NCBI GenBank assembly: GCA_964591175.1
Contig: CAZQAF010000005.1
Span: 18,256 to 82,255 of the forward strand
DNA length: 64,000 nucleotides
DNA from: an uncultured Desulfobacteraceae bacterium
GTDB lineage: Bacteria > Desulfobacterota > Desulfobacteria > Desulfobacterales > UBA11574
Direction of reading: 5' to 3'
The notes under the pieces were generated by a model. The model was not told where the DNA came from. It saw only the letters and a program-made list of their open reading frames with translations, and did no database searches. This document shows positions 12,170 to 21,332 of the stretch, one piece after another (position 1 is the first letter of the stretch; every line of letters starts with the position of its first letter). The position numbers were made by a program, and so were the translations under genes.

Positions 12170-13743
12170 CGGCAAAGATGATGAAAACGGTTTTAGCTAA
12201 AGAAGAACAAGGCTGCCTCGATTTTTTCGGATTATATCATAATCCTTTTCCAGTGGCGCCGGAGGAAGAAAACTTTTATTTTTCCGGCCATATCGAACAG
12301 ATTCTATCTGAAATCATCTTTGGAATTAATGCTCGAAAAGGCTTCATGGTTCTGACCGGCGAGGTGGGACTCGGAAAAACCACCATCAGTCGAAGAATCA
12401 TGAACATTATCGAAAAACAGGGTATTGAGACATCGCTGGTCTTTTATACCGGTTTTCAAGATGTCGAACTGATTCGAGAAATAAACCGGGATTTCGGGCT
12501 GACGGCGGAGAGTTTGCTTTTCAGCGACCAGATGCATCTTTTGTACAATTTTTTGGTGGATCGAAATCGATGTAAAAAAAACTGCACCATCATCATTGAT
12601 GACGCACAGAATCTTGATCATAAGAGCCTCGAACTTCTTCGGATGATTTCAAATCTTGAAACAGGCGGGAAAAAACTGGTTCAGATTTTATTGGTAGGTC
12701 AGCCTGAGTTGATGGCATTGCTGGATTCAGAAGAACTCAGACAGCTAAAGAGCAGAATATTCATTCAAGCAGAGGTGAAATCCCTGACACCGGAAGAGCT
12801 CAAAGACTACCTTTCTTTCAAACTAAACCTGGCCGGAAACAGAGGACAAATAAGAATTCAAAAAACAGCTTTGACTAGATTATATAGGCTCAGCAAAGGA
12901 AATTTTAGACAGGTCAACCTGCTGATGGACCGATGTTTGTATGTCGCTTTCCTCCACGATACCAAGGAGATTACAGGAAAGATTGTCACGGAAGCATACA
13001 TGGATCTTCACCCTAAAAAATTGACACTTTTTAAAAAGCCGCTTATTTTGACGGCTTCGATGATATTGGTCTTATCGCTATTCGGTGGAATTGTTTATTC
13101 GGGTTTCAATCGGTATGTTCCCGGAATATCTTCAATCGCCGGAATCGACGCCACCTTAAAATGTGATAAGAGTCGATTCAGGTCTGAAGTCCCCAACGTT
13201 GCATGGCAGACAACGGACCGCACCGACGATAAAACCGATAACCATTCGATACGAACTATCGATATCCCCGAATCGGTGGGTAATTTTTTAAAAGAATATA
13301 AACTTGTCCAATATAAGATCCCTTTTTTTAAAGCCTTGAAGACCGATCGGTTTCAAGAGATAACGGAACTTATATACAGAAAGACAGGATACATGCTGAT
13401 CATGCTGGATCGTGTTTCAAATCAGCTTGAAAATAAATATGGAACACTAAAATATGTTTCAGGTTCGGCGAACCATCCGAAATTATATCTATTCTGGCGT
13501 CCTCCGATAATCGTTAAAAAGTTTTACTATTATTATAATGGAGAAGAAATACTTAGCCTTCAAAAGATGATGGCTAAAATCGGTCTGTATACCGCCCGAA
13601 TGGATGGGAAGGTTGGTAAGAATCTTATGCTGGCTGTGGTTGGTTTTCAAAAACAAATGGGACTTCCCGTGACCGGATATCCGGATGCAAAAACCATTTT
13701 CCTTTTATGCAGAAAAATGGAAGGCCTAAACAATGGTGCATGA
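12166..13743 (+). CDS. ExeA / MshM-like AAA+ ATPase with C-terminal peptidoglycan-binding domain
   Basis: Walker A GEVGLGKTT and Walker B IIIDDAQNL. One TM segment (LILTASMILVLSLFGGIVY). The C-terminal motif is PG_binding-like: GKVGKNLMLAVVGFQKQMGLPVTGYPDAKT. Confidence 0.8.
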   Translation: MTAKMMKTVLAKEEQGCLDFFGLYHNPFPVAPEEENFYFSGHIEQILSEIIFGINARKGFMVLTGEVGLGKTTISRRIMNIIEKQGIETSLVFYTGFQDVELIREINRDFGLTAESLLFSDQMHLLYNFLVDRNRCKKNCTIIIDDAQNLDHKSLELLRMISNLETGGKKLVQILLVGQPELMALLDSEELRQLKSRIFIQAEVKSLTPEELKDYLSFKLNLAGNRGQIRIQKTALTRLYRLSKGNFRQVNLLMDRCLYVAFLHDTKEITGKIVTEAYMDLHPKKLTLFKKPLILTASMILVLSLFGGIVYSGFNRYVPGISSIAGIDATLKCDKSRFRSEVPNVAWQTTDRTDDKTDNHSIRTIDIPESVGNFLKEYKLVQYKIPFFKALKTDRFQEITELIYRKTGYMLIMLDRVSNQLENKYGTLKYVSGSANHPKLYLFWRPPIIVKKFYYYYNGEEILSLQKMMAKIGLYTARMDGKVGKNLMLAVVGFQKQMGLPVTGYPDAKTIFLLCRKMEGLNNGA

Positions 13744-15394
13744 TAAAAAAATAAAACCCCTGGGTGTTGTATTAAAAGAAAAGGGACTTGTCACGGACGA
13801 GTACATCGGTTATGCGCTGCAGGAACAGAAGATCACCCGTGAAAAAATCGGAGAAATATTAGAACGACTCGGATTTGTTACGGAGAATGATATTGTTATG
13901 GCACTGTCCGAACAAGGCGGCGTTCCCTATATTGATGTGGATACTATCCTTCCCGAAGAAAATGTTCTTAAACTTTTCAATAAAAAATTATGCCTTAACA
14001 ATTCATTTCTTCCCTTTCGGAAAACAGAAAATTTACTGGAGATCGCAGCACATAATCTGATCGACGAGAAACTCGGACAAACCATCTCAAGACAGACGGG
14101 ACTGCTGCCGAAATTTTACATTTCCGAGCGCAAGAAAATCATTCGAGCCATCAATAAATTCTACTATTTTCTTGAAAATCCCGTTGAGAAACTCATTGAA
14201 AAAGAAGTTTATCTTCTTTCTCAAAGTGAAGAGATGGCAAGAGGGTTCGATAACTTGATCAAGCATATCCTGCATCTATCCGTCAAAATGCGGGCTACGG
14301 ATATCCATATCAAACCGATGAAACTGTCAACCAGCATTTCATTTAGAATTGACGGCGTCATAACATCGGTCTTATCCCTTCCGGTTGAGTTGAACCGAAT
14401 TGTGTCCAGCCTCAAAATGAAAGCGGATATGGATATTGCAGAACAGCGGTTACCTCAGGACGGACGGTTTTCCGCCACCATATTGAACAACAACTACGAC
14501 TTCAGGGTGTCCACCATTGTTTCACCCCTGGGCGAGAGCATGGTTCTTCGTGTTCTTCCCATGGAGAGTTCGGTGGCGGGTCTGGAACAGCTTGGTTTTT
14601 TTACGGAACATATCCAGACTCTGGAAAAAATGTTCAACGAACCTTTCGGCATCATCCTCATTACCGGGCCCACCGGATCCGGAAAATCGACGACCCTTTT
14701 TTCCGGAATCAGAAGACTTAACTTGCTTCAAAAAAATACCATCACCGTTGAGGAACCCATTGAATTCGACATCCCCTTGCTGCGGCAAACCCAGGTGAAC
14801 GAAAAAGCCGGATATACGTTTGCCAACGCCATACGATACTTCTTGCGGCATGATCCGGACGTCATTTTAGTGGGCGAAGTAAGAGATTCAGAGACTGCTG
14901 CCACAGCGGTAACCGCCGCGACCACCGGTCATCTGGTTCTTTCTACCATGCACACAAACAGCGCGATCGGTACCATCCCAAGACTCATGGATCTCGGTAT
15001 TCGACCATTTTTGATTGCCGACGCTCTTGTCGGAGTGGTCAGTCAACGACTTGTACGCAAAATCTGCAACGGCTGCAAAACGTCCTATGAGCCGTCCGAA
15101 CAAGAAAAAATTTACTTGAAAGATAGCAATATTGAAACGCTTTTCAAAGGTCAAGGATGCGAACTTTGCAGCGGTACAGGATACTTCGAAAGAACGCTGA
15201 TTTATGAACTTCTCTCCATCGACCAAAACCTGTCTCAATTGATTGAAAAAGGGGCCGATTTAAGCATGATTTTAAGTACGGCGAAAGCATCGGGCTTTGA
15301 AGATATTTTCGAAATATCGAGAAATAAAGTTAAACAGGGTATCACTACAACGGAAGAAGCCGTGCGCGCCCTGGGTTACATCAGACAACTGTAG
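13733..15394 (+). CDS. Type IV pilus / T2SS assembly ATPase (GspE/PilB/MshE family)
   Basis: Walker A GPTGSGKST, Walker B DPDVILVGEVRD and a tetracysteine CNGC...CELCSGTGY. The N-terminus has two tandem MshEN-like 24-residue motifs. Confidence 0.93.
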   Translation: MVHDKKIKPLGVVLKEKGLVTDEYIGYALQEQKITREKIGEILERLGFVTENDIVMALSEQGGVPYIDVDTILPEENVLKLFNKKLCLNNSFLPFRKTENLLEIAAHNLIDEKLGQTISRQTGLLPKFYISERKKIIRAINKFYYFLENPVEKLIEKEVYLLSQSEEMARGFDNLIKHILHLSVKMRATDIHIKPMKLSTSISFRIDGVITSVLSLPVELNRIVSSLKMKADMDIAEQRLPQDGRFSATILNNNYDFRVSTIVSPLGESMVLRVLPMESSVAGLEQLGFFTEHIQTLEKMFNEPFGIILITGPTGSGKSTTLFSGIRRLNLLQKNTITVEEPIEFDIPLLRQTQVNEKAGYTFANAIRYFLRHDPDVILVGEVRDSETAATAVTAATTGHLVLSTMHTNSAIGTIPRLMDLGIRPFLIADALVGVVSQRLVRKICNGCKTSYEPSEQEKIYLKDSNIETLFKGQGCELCSGTGYFERTLIYELLSIDQNLSQLIEKGADLSMILSTAKASGFEDIFEISRNKVKQGITTTEEAVRALGYIRQL

Positions 15395-15403
15395 AATAGC
15401 GCA

Positions 15404-16642
15404 ATGATGAATTACTTCAGGTATAAACTCATAAACCCCAACGGAAAGCCTTCTTCGGGTCTTATCAAGCTCCCTTATCAGGATGAGATATCAACGGCCG
15501 CCTATCTGGAAAGAAACGGGAGCATGGCTATTTATGTTTCAAAGCTTGGAAAATTTGAGTCTTTATTTCCGAAGTTGAATTCGTTTAGGCTGTCTAAACG
15601 AATGAAACGAACGGATCAAGCCAATTTACTGAACAATCTCTCCCTTCTTCTACGTTCCGGGATGCCATTGAACACCGCCCTCGAAGAAGTTGCACAAACC
15701 ATCTCCCATCCCGGATTGGCCGGCAATATCCAGGATATCGTCGGTGCTGTTCGAGGAGGCATGTCTTTTTCGGAGGCTGCCGGAAAATTCAGCGACATCT
15801 TTACTGAAACGGTTATCTGTCTCATTCGAATCGGTGAAGAAACAGGAAGACTCGATGAGATGCTAAAAGATGCCTCCGAACACGTAAGTCGGATGCATAC
15901 CATTATCAGCGACACTCAAAGAGCCCTCTTATACCCGATATTTGTATTATTTTCAATAGGCATCGGCCTTGTTTTTTGGCTTTACTATGTGGTGCCCAAA
16001 ATTCTTGAGCTTTTCAAGGAAATGAATGTCGCGCTTCCGACAATTACGGTTTATCTTCTAAAAATATCCGATTTTATTCAAACCCACTTTGTTTACTTGA
16101 TCGTGGGAATTGTTTCAATACCTATTTTCTTGATGACCGCTCGAAAGGGAAGCCGAAAGTTTAGAAAAGTCATCGATCGGGTGATGCTTAAACTCCCCGT
16201 ATCAAAAGCGATTATCTCAGCTTCTAATCTTGCCCATATCACCGAATATTTTTCTTTATTGATCAGATCCGGGATAAACATATTGCAAGCCGTCAAAATA
16301 TTAAAAGACAGCATACGAAATGAAATTTATCGAGATAAACTCGAAGTGGTGGGAAAAGAAATAAAACAAGGCAGCAGTATTTCGGAAGCCTTTGCCGGTG
16401 CCACAATTTTTCCGGCCTTTATCACACGGATGATCGGCATCGGTGAAGTGAGCGGAACCCTTGAAGAACAGTTGGGAAATATTGCCCGAGAATATACCAA
16501 AAGACTGTCCAATTTGGTTGAAATGATCGGGAAAATGATCGAGCCGATTATTCTTGTGGTGGCAGGCGCCATTTTTGCCGTTATTTTCTTGGCGCTGTTG
16601 CTTCCTGTTTACGATATGGTCGGTCATGTCGGCGGCATGTAG
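15404..16642 (+). CDS. Type IV pilus / T2SS inner-membrane platform protein (GspF/PilC/MshG family)
   Basis: 412 aa with two GspF-type cytoplasmic repeats separated by TM segments. Directly follows the ATPase. Confidence 0.9.
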   Translation: MMNYFRYKLINPNGKPSSGLIKLPYQDEISTAAYLERNGSMAIYVSKLGKFESLFPKLNSFRLSKRMKRTDQANLLNNLSLLLRSGMPLNTALEEVAQTISHPGLAGNIQDIVGAVRGGMSFSEAAGKFSDIFTETVICLIRIGEETGRLDEMLKDASEHVSRMHTIISDTQRALLYPIFVLFSIGIGLVFWLYYVVPKILELFKEMNVALPTITVYLLKISDFIQTHFVYLIVGIVSIPIFLMTARKGSRKFRKVIDRVMLKLPVSKAIISASNLAHITEYFSLLIRSGINILQAVKILKDSIRNEIYRDKLEVVGKEIKQGSSISEAFAGATIFPAFITRMIGIGEVSGTLEEQLGNIAREYTKRLSNLVEMIGKMIEPIILVVAGAIFAVIFLALLLPVYDMVGHVGGM

Positions 16643-16681
16643 CAAATCGGATCACCATAGAGCGGAACTTGCAGCGAAGAT

Positions 16682-19408
16682 ATGATTCATTTATCAAAGA
16701 ATAAAAAAAATAGCCTTTCGCCGGGATTTACCTTGATAGAAATGGCGGTAGTCCTGGTCATTGTGGGAATTATCATCTCGATCGTGGCAACGGTCTTGCC
16801 TTCCCTTATCAAGTCTTCAAAAGTCAAAAAGGCCCGGGCCATATTGGAAGAAGTGGACTATGCAATCCAGGGGTATGTTGCCGCCAACGGCCGCCTGCCG
16901 TTTGCGGATAATGGCACCACCGGCGAGGAGGATTCCGCAACGCCGACATATTTTGGAAATCTTCCCTATGTCACACTGGGCCTTTCTTCGGGCGATGATG
17001 CATGGGGAAACCGTCTGAAATACGGTGTAAACAAGGATTTAACCACCACGAATGTCGACACTTTGGGTGAGGCATTGAAAACAGCATGTTCGGATAACCC
17101 GGTAAATCCGGATAAACTCCATGTAAACATTAACGGCGTGCAGACGCACATGGCCTATGTCATCGTGAGCGGTGGTCTGAAAGATGAAAACGGCGCCGGC
17201 GGACTATTCGACGGGTTAAATCAGGTGGATGATGCGGGTTATGATGATCCGAACAGAATCATCGAATCCGGCGCTTACGATGATTTGATGATCGCCAAAG
17301 CATGTACGGTAATGGCCGGAGCTCAAGGGTTCGGTTTAGGAAACGGCAGTGGGAATAGCGGAAATTCCAACAGTACATCTGAAGTTTGTGACAATGGTGT
17401 CGACGATGACGGCGACGGTCACATAGATTGTGATGATCAGGACTGTTATAATGTTTCACCGTGCGGGCCGGGGGGCAGCAAGGTTTCGATCACGACCGCC
17501 TCCATCCCGGCCGGATACGTCAATGGGAGCTATTCGGCAGCCTTTAATGCCACCGGCGGGACAACGCCTTATGAATGGACCCTGACCGATAACGGTAATT
17601 TTTCCAACCTGTTTCTTCACACTTATCTCGGTCAGCTCTCCGGAACACTCGGCCAATGTCCCGGTACCTATACCATCGGCGTCCAGGTCAATGATTCCGA
17701 TACGGAAAACGATCCCGATCCCAATCCCAGCAATTTCACGATTCAGGTGAAAAACAATTTATCGATTTCACGAACCAGCGGTTCCGGAGTGGATATTTCC
17801 TGGAACAGTGTCACTCAGCAGGAAACCTTTCAAGCCAGCGGCGGACATATTGGAGACATTCAATGGTCCCTGGATGCCGGCGGCGCAACAGGCTTCTCAG
17901 TATCTTCCACCGGGAGTGACACGTGTAGCATCAAGAAGAACGGCATCTCTTCGGTGGGTTCCTACACCTTTACCCTTACAGCCACCGATGCATCCTGTCC
18001 AAGCAATACCGCAAAGATTATCCTGAGCGTTTCAATATTATCCAATGCCGGCGGTGCGCCTTTTACCGTCAATATGTCCGCGGAATGGCACATGGATGAA
18101 TGCAGTTGGGACGGTACAAGCGGAGAGGTTAAAGACTCCGGTGACAATGGACTTGATGGAACCGCTAAAAATGGTGCAAATACCATTGGTTCAGGAAAGA
18201 TTTGCAGAGCCGGATATTTTGACGGAAGCAATGACTATTTGGACATGGGGGACATTCTAAACGATGTTTTCGGAACAGGCAGCGATTCGTTTTCCGTGGC
18301 TGCGTGGATAAACCCTTTATCCCTGAGCGACTCCCAGACCAATCATGGTACCCAAAACTGTTTCTCGGCCAAGGCTTCAGATTCATATAACGACAATTTC
18401 GAAATCGGTGTTAACACTGACGGTACCATCCATGTTTATATCGATACTTTGGGAAAAGATAAGGATGCTGACCTTGGTACGGCCGGCAGTATCACCGTCG
18501 GGATTTGGAATTTTGTCGTTATGTCTTACAATAATGGTTCCGTTACCGTAACCGTCAACGATAAAAAATATCAAGATACCAGTACCTGGAGTGGGGGAGG
18601 GGGGCTGGATAACGCCGCCGGCAGTCCTTTTACCATCGGCAGTTCTCAGCATACCGACAACTATTTTAAAGGCAAGATCGATGAGGTAATGGTTTTCTCC
18701 AAAGCGTTGACCGATGAGGAGATCACTAGTCTATACTCAACGACTCATGCATGCACGGGATCATGCTATACGGAACCTTTGGCGGTGTATTATATGGATG
18801 AGGCTTCATGGAATGTCGGAACGGTCGGTGAAGTAAAAGATTCGTCCGGAAACGGTTATATCGGCACCCCTTACGGAAGTGCCGCAATCAATACCACCGA
18901 CAGCCATATCGGCTATTCCGGAGAATTTACCGGCAGCAATGGTTATATCGATATTTCCGGCCTTCCGGTTTCGACCTCATCCGGTGATCAAACCACCGTG
19001 ACCTTTTGGATGAAATGGCTTGGCGGAAACGGCGAGATGCCCATTGGATGGACTTCATACGATCTTTGGCTCAGCGGCGATCATTTCGGATTTAATACCG
19101 CGCAGGGAGATATCTACGGAATTGACGGAGCATCTGCAAAACTTGCCGACGACTGGCACCATATTGCCGCAGTGTTTACCAATAACGGTACATTACAAAA
19201 CAGCCTCTTCATCGACGGCGTAGAACAGTCTCTGAGCACGGTTCAAGGGTCGAGCCATGGGGACAGGACGGTGGGCTCGAATTTCAGGTTCAGTGGATGG
19301 CTGAACAATTCGAGTTACAGATTCAACGGCCTGATCGATGAGCTAAGAATATACAACAGGGGATTGTCTGACAGTGAAGTCTCAGACGATAAAGCGCTGA
19401 CCCACTAG
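16682..19408 (+). CDS. Giant modular pilin-like protein with Ig-like and two LamG/ConA-like lectin modules
   Basis: Leader MIHLSKNKKNSLSPG then FTLIEMAVVLVIVGIIISIV (prepilin motif). A Cys/Asp-rich motif CDNGVDDDGDGHIDCDDQDCYNVSPCG follows. Ig-like segments carry GGTTPYEWTL and ASGGHIGDIQWSL. Two LamG-like modules start at WHMDECSWDGTSGEVKDSGDNG and YYMDEASWNVGTVGEVKDSSGNG. They end in FKGKIDEVMVFSKALTDEE and FNGLIDELRIYNRGLSDSE. Confidence 0.85.
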   Translation: MIHLSKNKKNSLSPGFTLIEMAVVLVIVGIIISIVATVLPSLIKSSKVKKARAILEEVDYAIQGYVAANGRLPFADNGTTGEEDSATPTYFGNLPYVTLGLSSGDDAWGNRLKYGVNKDLTTTNVDTLGEALKTACSDNPVNPDKLHVNINGVQTHMAYVIVSGGLKDENGAGGLFDGLNQVDDAGYDDPNRIIESGAYDDLMIAKACTVMAGAQGFGLGNGSGNSGNSNSTSEVCDNGVDDDGDGHIDCDDQDCYNVSPCGPGGSKVSITTASIPAGYVNGSYSAAFNATGGTTPYEWTLTDNGNFSNLFLHTYLGQLSGTLGQCPGTYTIGVQVNDSDTENDPDPNPSNFTIQVKNNLSISRTSGSGVDISWNSVTQQETFQASGGHIGDIQWSLDAGGATGFSVSSTGSDTCSIKKNGISSVGSYTFTLTATDASCPSNTAKIILSVSILSNAGGAPFTVNMSAEWHMDECSWDGTSGEVKDSGDNGLDGTAKNGANTIGSGKICRAGYFDGSNDYLDMGDILNDVFGTGSDSFSVAAWINPLSLSDSQTNHGTQNCFSAKASDSYNDNFEIGVNTDGTIHVYIDTLGKDKDADLGTAGSITVGIWNFVVMSYNNGSVTVTVNDKKYQDTSTWSGGGGLDNAAGSPFTIGSSQHTDNYFKGKIDEVMVFSKALTDEEITSLYSTTHACTGSCYTEPLAVYYMDEASWNVGTVGEVKDSSGNGYIGTPYGSAAINTTDSHIGYSGEFTGSNGYIDISGLPVSTSSGDQTTVTFWMKWLGGNGEMPIGWTSYDLWLSGDHFGFNTAQGDIYGIDGASAKLADDWHHIAAVFTNNGTLQNSLFIDGVEQSLSTVQGSSHGDRTVGSNFRFSGWLNNSSYRFNGLIDELRIYNRGLSDSEVSDDKALTH

Positions 19409-19625
19409 CAGTAGTTTTGAATTGTTTGTATTTTGAGTATTGAAATTTGGGATTTAGGTACCGTGTGCAGAGGCGGATCGACACCATATGAGGTAGTTAG
19501 TATTGATGTTGCTGACATCAGGATCTTTTGGTGCCCTTTTTCTTGACACGTCATAAAATTTCTCATAGCGTGGTGGCATACGATTGATTGCCGGTGGCGC
19601 TGTGAGCATTGAGGAGCGCTGCGAA

Positions 19626-19919
19626 ATGAAAATACATTTAAAATTTGATGAATCAGACCCGAAGGATACGCGCTTTACAGTGGTTGTCAACGACACGCCC
19701 TGTGGCCAATTGGCCATGATGACCGAAGATGCCGTTAGAATGACGGACATTTTCAAATCAGGCTGCTCACAGCATGAGTGCGTTTTTGAATATTCCGGCG
19801 AACTTTACCAGTCCGAAAGCTGGGTCATCTGGCGAAAAAGAAGCGGAAAAGAGCGAAGAAGCGGACGGGACCGGAGAACAGGCCAGGACCGCAGAATCGG
19901 CGATGACAGAAGAAAATGA
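19626..19919 (+). CDS. Small protein with C-terminal Arg-rich DRR repeats
   Basis: ATG at 19626 is preceded by GAGGAG. 97 aa ending [28 protein letters not shown]. The frame is ambiguous with an acidic alternative frame, but the motif recurs in ORF 23719-23949. Confidence 0.45.
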   Translation: MKIHLKFDESDPKDTRFTVVVNDTPCGQLAMMTEDAVRMTDIFKSGCSQHECVFEYSGELYQSESWVIWRKRSGKERRSGRDRRTGQDRRIGDDRRK

Positions 19920-19929
19920 TGGAGGGGAT

Positions 19930-20412
19930 ATGGATATCAAAACGGTCAAGATCGAGAAACCGGAAGCGTTAAACTTGATTTTAGGGCATTCTCACTTCAT
20001 TAAGACGGTGGAAGATATCTATGAGACGATGGTCAATACCGTACCCGGAGCGAAATTCGGTCTGGCATTTTGCGAATCTTCCGGGCCATGTCTGGTGAGA
20101 TACTCGGGCACGGATGACGACCTGGTCGAATTGGCAACAAAAAATGCCTATGCGCTTTCGGCCGGACACAGCTTTATACTTTTGATGAAGGACATGTTTC
20201 CTATCAATGTCCTAAATGCCGTTAAAAATGTCCCCGAAGTTTGCAGAATCTTTTGCGCGACGGCAAATCCTGTGGAAGTTCTTGTTGCAGAAACAGAACA
20301 GGGACGGGGCATCATCGGTGTCATTGACGGTTTTAAATCAAAAGGCATTGAATCCGAAGCGGATATCGCAGAACGTAAACAGTTTCTGCGTACGATCGGA
20401 TATAAACTATGA
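19930..20412 (+). CDS. Adenosine-specific kinase family-like protein (PF04008-type)
   Basis: ATG at 19930 sits behind GGAGGGG. Blocks [34 protein letters not shown] and [24 protein letters not shown] match my memory of this family of roughly 160 aa. The ORF-track N-terminal extension is probably not translated. Confidence 0.65.
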   Translation: MDIKTVKIEKPEALNLILGHSHFIKTVEDIYETMVNTVPGAKFGLAFCESSGPCLVRYSGTDDDLVELATKNAYALSAGHSFILLMKDMFPINVLNAVKNVPEVCRIFCATANPVEVLVAETEQGRGIIGVIDGFKSKGIESEADIAERKQFLRTIGYKL

Positions 20413-21081
20413 GATATACATCACGTTCGCTTCTAATCGTTCATTTTTAAGCCGGATCAGGACATAACCGCCCATACACATCATTCCCGGGTTCAACACT
20501 TTTGTTTTGCCGATAAAATCCTCGGAGTCTGCCTCGTGGATATGCCCGGTCAGGCATATGTCCGGTTGAACGCGCCGGATAAATTCCAGCACGGATTTGT
20601 TTCCGACATTTTCACCGGACGGGAGTACGGCGGCCTTTGAGCCAAACGGGGGATCGTGTGCAACTAAAATCAGTTTTGGAATGTGCTTTATTTGTTCGTA
20701 TCCCTTATCGAGCCATTGTCCCAGCATGGCATCCGGAACCTCTGAAGGTGTTCTGAAAGGCGTCGGCGTTGAATATCCCACGCCCATAATACCGATATTA
20801 TCGGCCAACTGTTTGCCCCTTGCATGGATATTCCAACCCTTCTCCTCAAGATAATCTGTGATTTCAGCCCGATCCATATTCCCGATCTGCGCATAAATAT
20901 TCGGATTAACGGCAGAAATTCTTTGTAGTATCTGATCGGCTTTTTGCGTTCCGCCTCTGTTTGTAATGTCTCCGCTGATGATAACGCCGTCGGCATCGGC
21001 CAAATCAGGTATTTCATTCAAGAGGGATATGTCTTCGTGGATATCACCGAATCCAATCCAGAACTTTTCTTTTTCATTCAT
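20407..21081 (-). CDS. Metallophosphoesterase (calcineurin-like)
   Basis: Motif series [29 protein letters not shown]. Confidence 0.85.
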   Translation of the reverse strand: MNEKEKFWIGFGDIHEDISLLNEIPDLADADGVIISGDITNRGGTQKADQILQRISAVNPNIYAQIGNMDRAEITDYLEEKGWNIHARGKQLADNIGIMGVGYSTPTPFRTPSEVPDAMLGQWLDKGYEQIKHIPKLILVAHDPPFGSKAAVLPSGENVGNKSVLEFIRRVQPDICLTGHIHEADSEDFIGKTKVLNPGMMCMGGYVLIRLKNERLEANVMYIS

Positions 21082-21332
21082 CCTTGGACTCCTTATTCAG
21101 GTTTAAGATACCTGGTACAACCCCGAATTTGTGGGATCTTGGCTTGAATAATAAAATAGAAAATAGAAAAGAGGAATTAGAAAAGAGGCCTATATGCCTT
21201 CGACGGCGCCAAAGGCAACCAAGGATAACGGAGACTATGAATAAATATAAACAAAAATAAAACATTTACTTTGATTCGTGTTCGTTTGTGGTTATCTATT
21301 TTCTATTTCCGAATTCCTATTTTCTTGGGTTT

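Noticed and set aside
19774-19929. Acidic 52-aa N-terminal extension of the adenosine-kinase-family ORF given in the ORF track.
   Set aside because: From memory the family is about 160 aa, and a strong GGAGGGG RBS precedes the internal ATG at 19930. The extension overlaps the DRR-tail frame, which has an independent paralogue. The ambiguity is discussed under findings.
21074-21265. 63-aa minus-strand ORF in the larB / phosphoesterase spacer.
   Set aside because: It overlaps the phosphoesterase start and consists of translated AT-rich repeat DNA (Phe/Leu/Ser-rich). No RBS.
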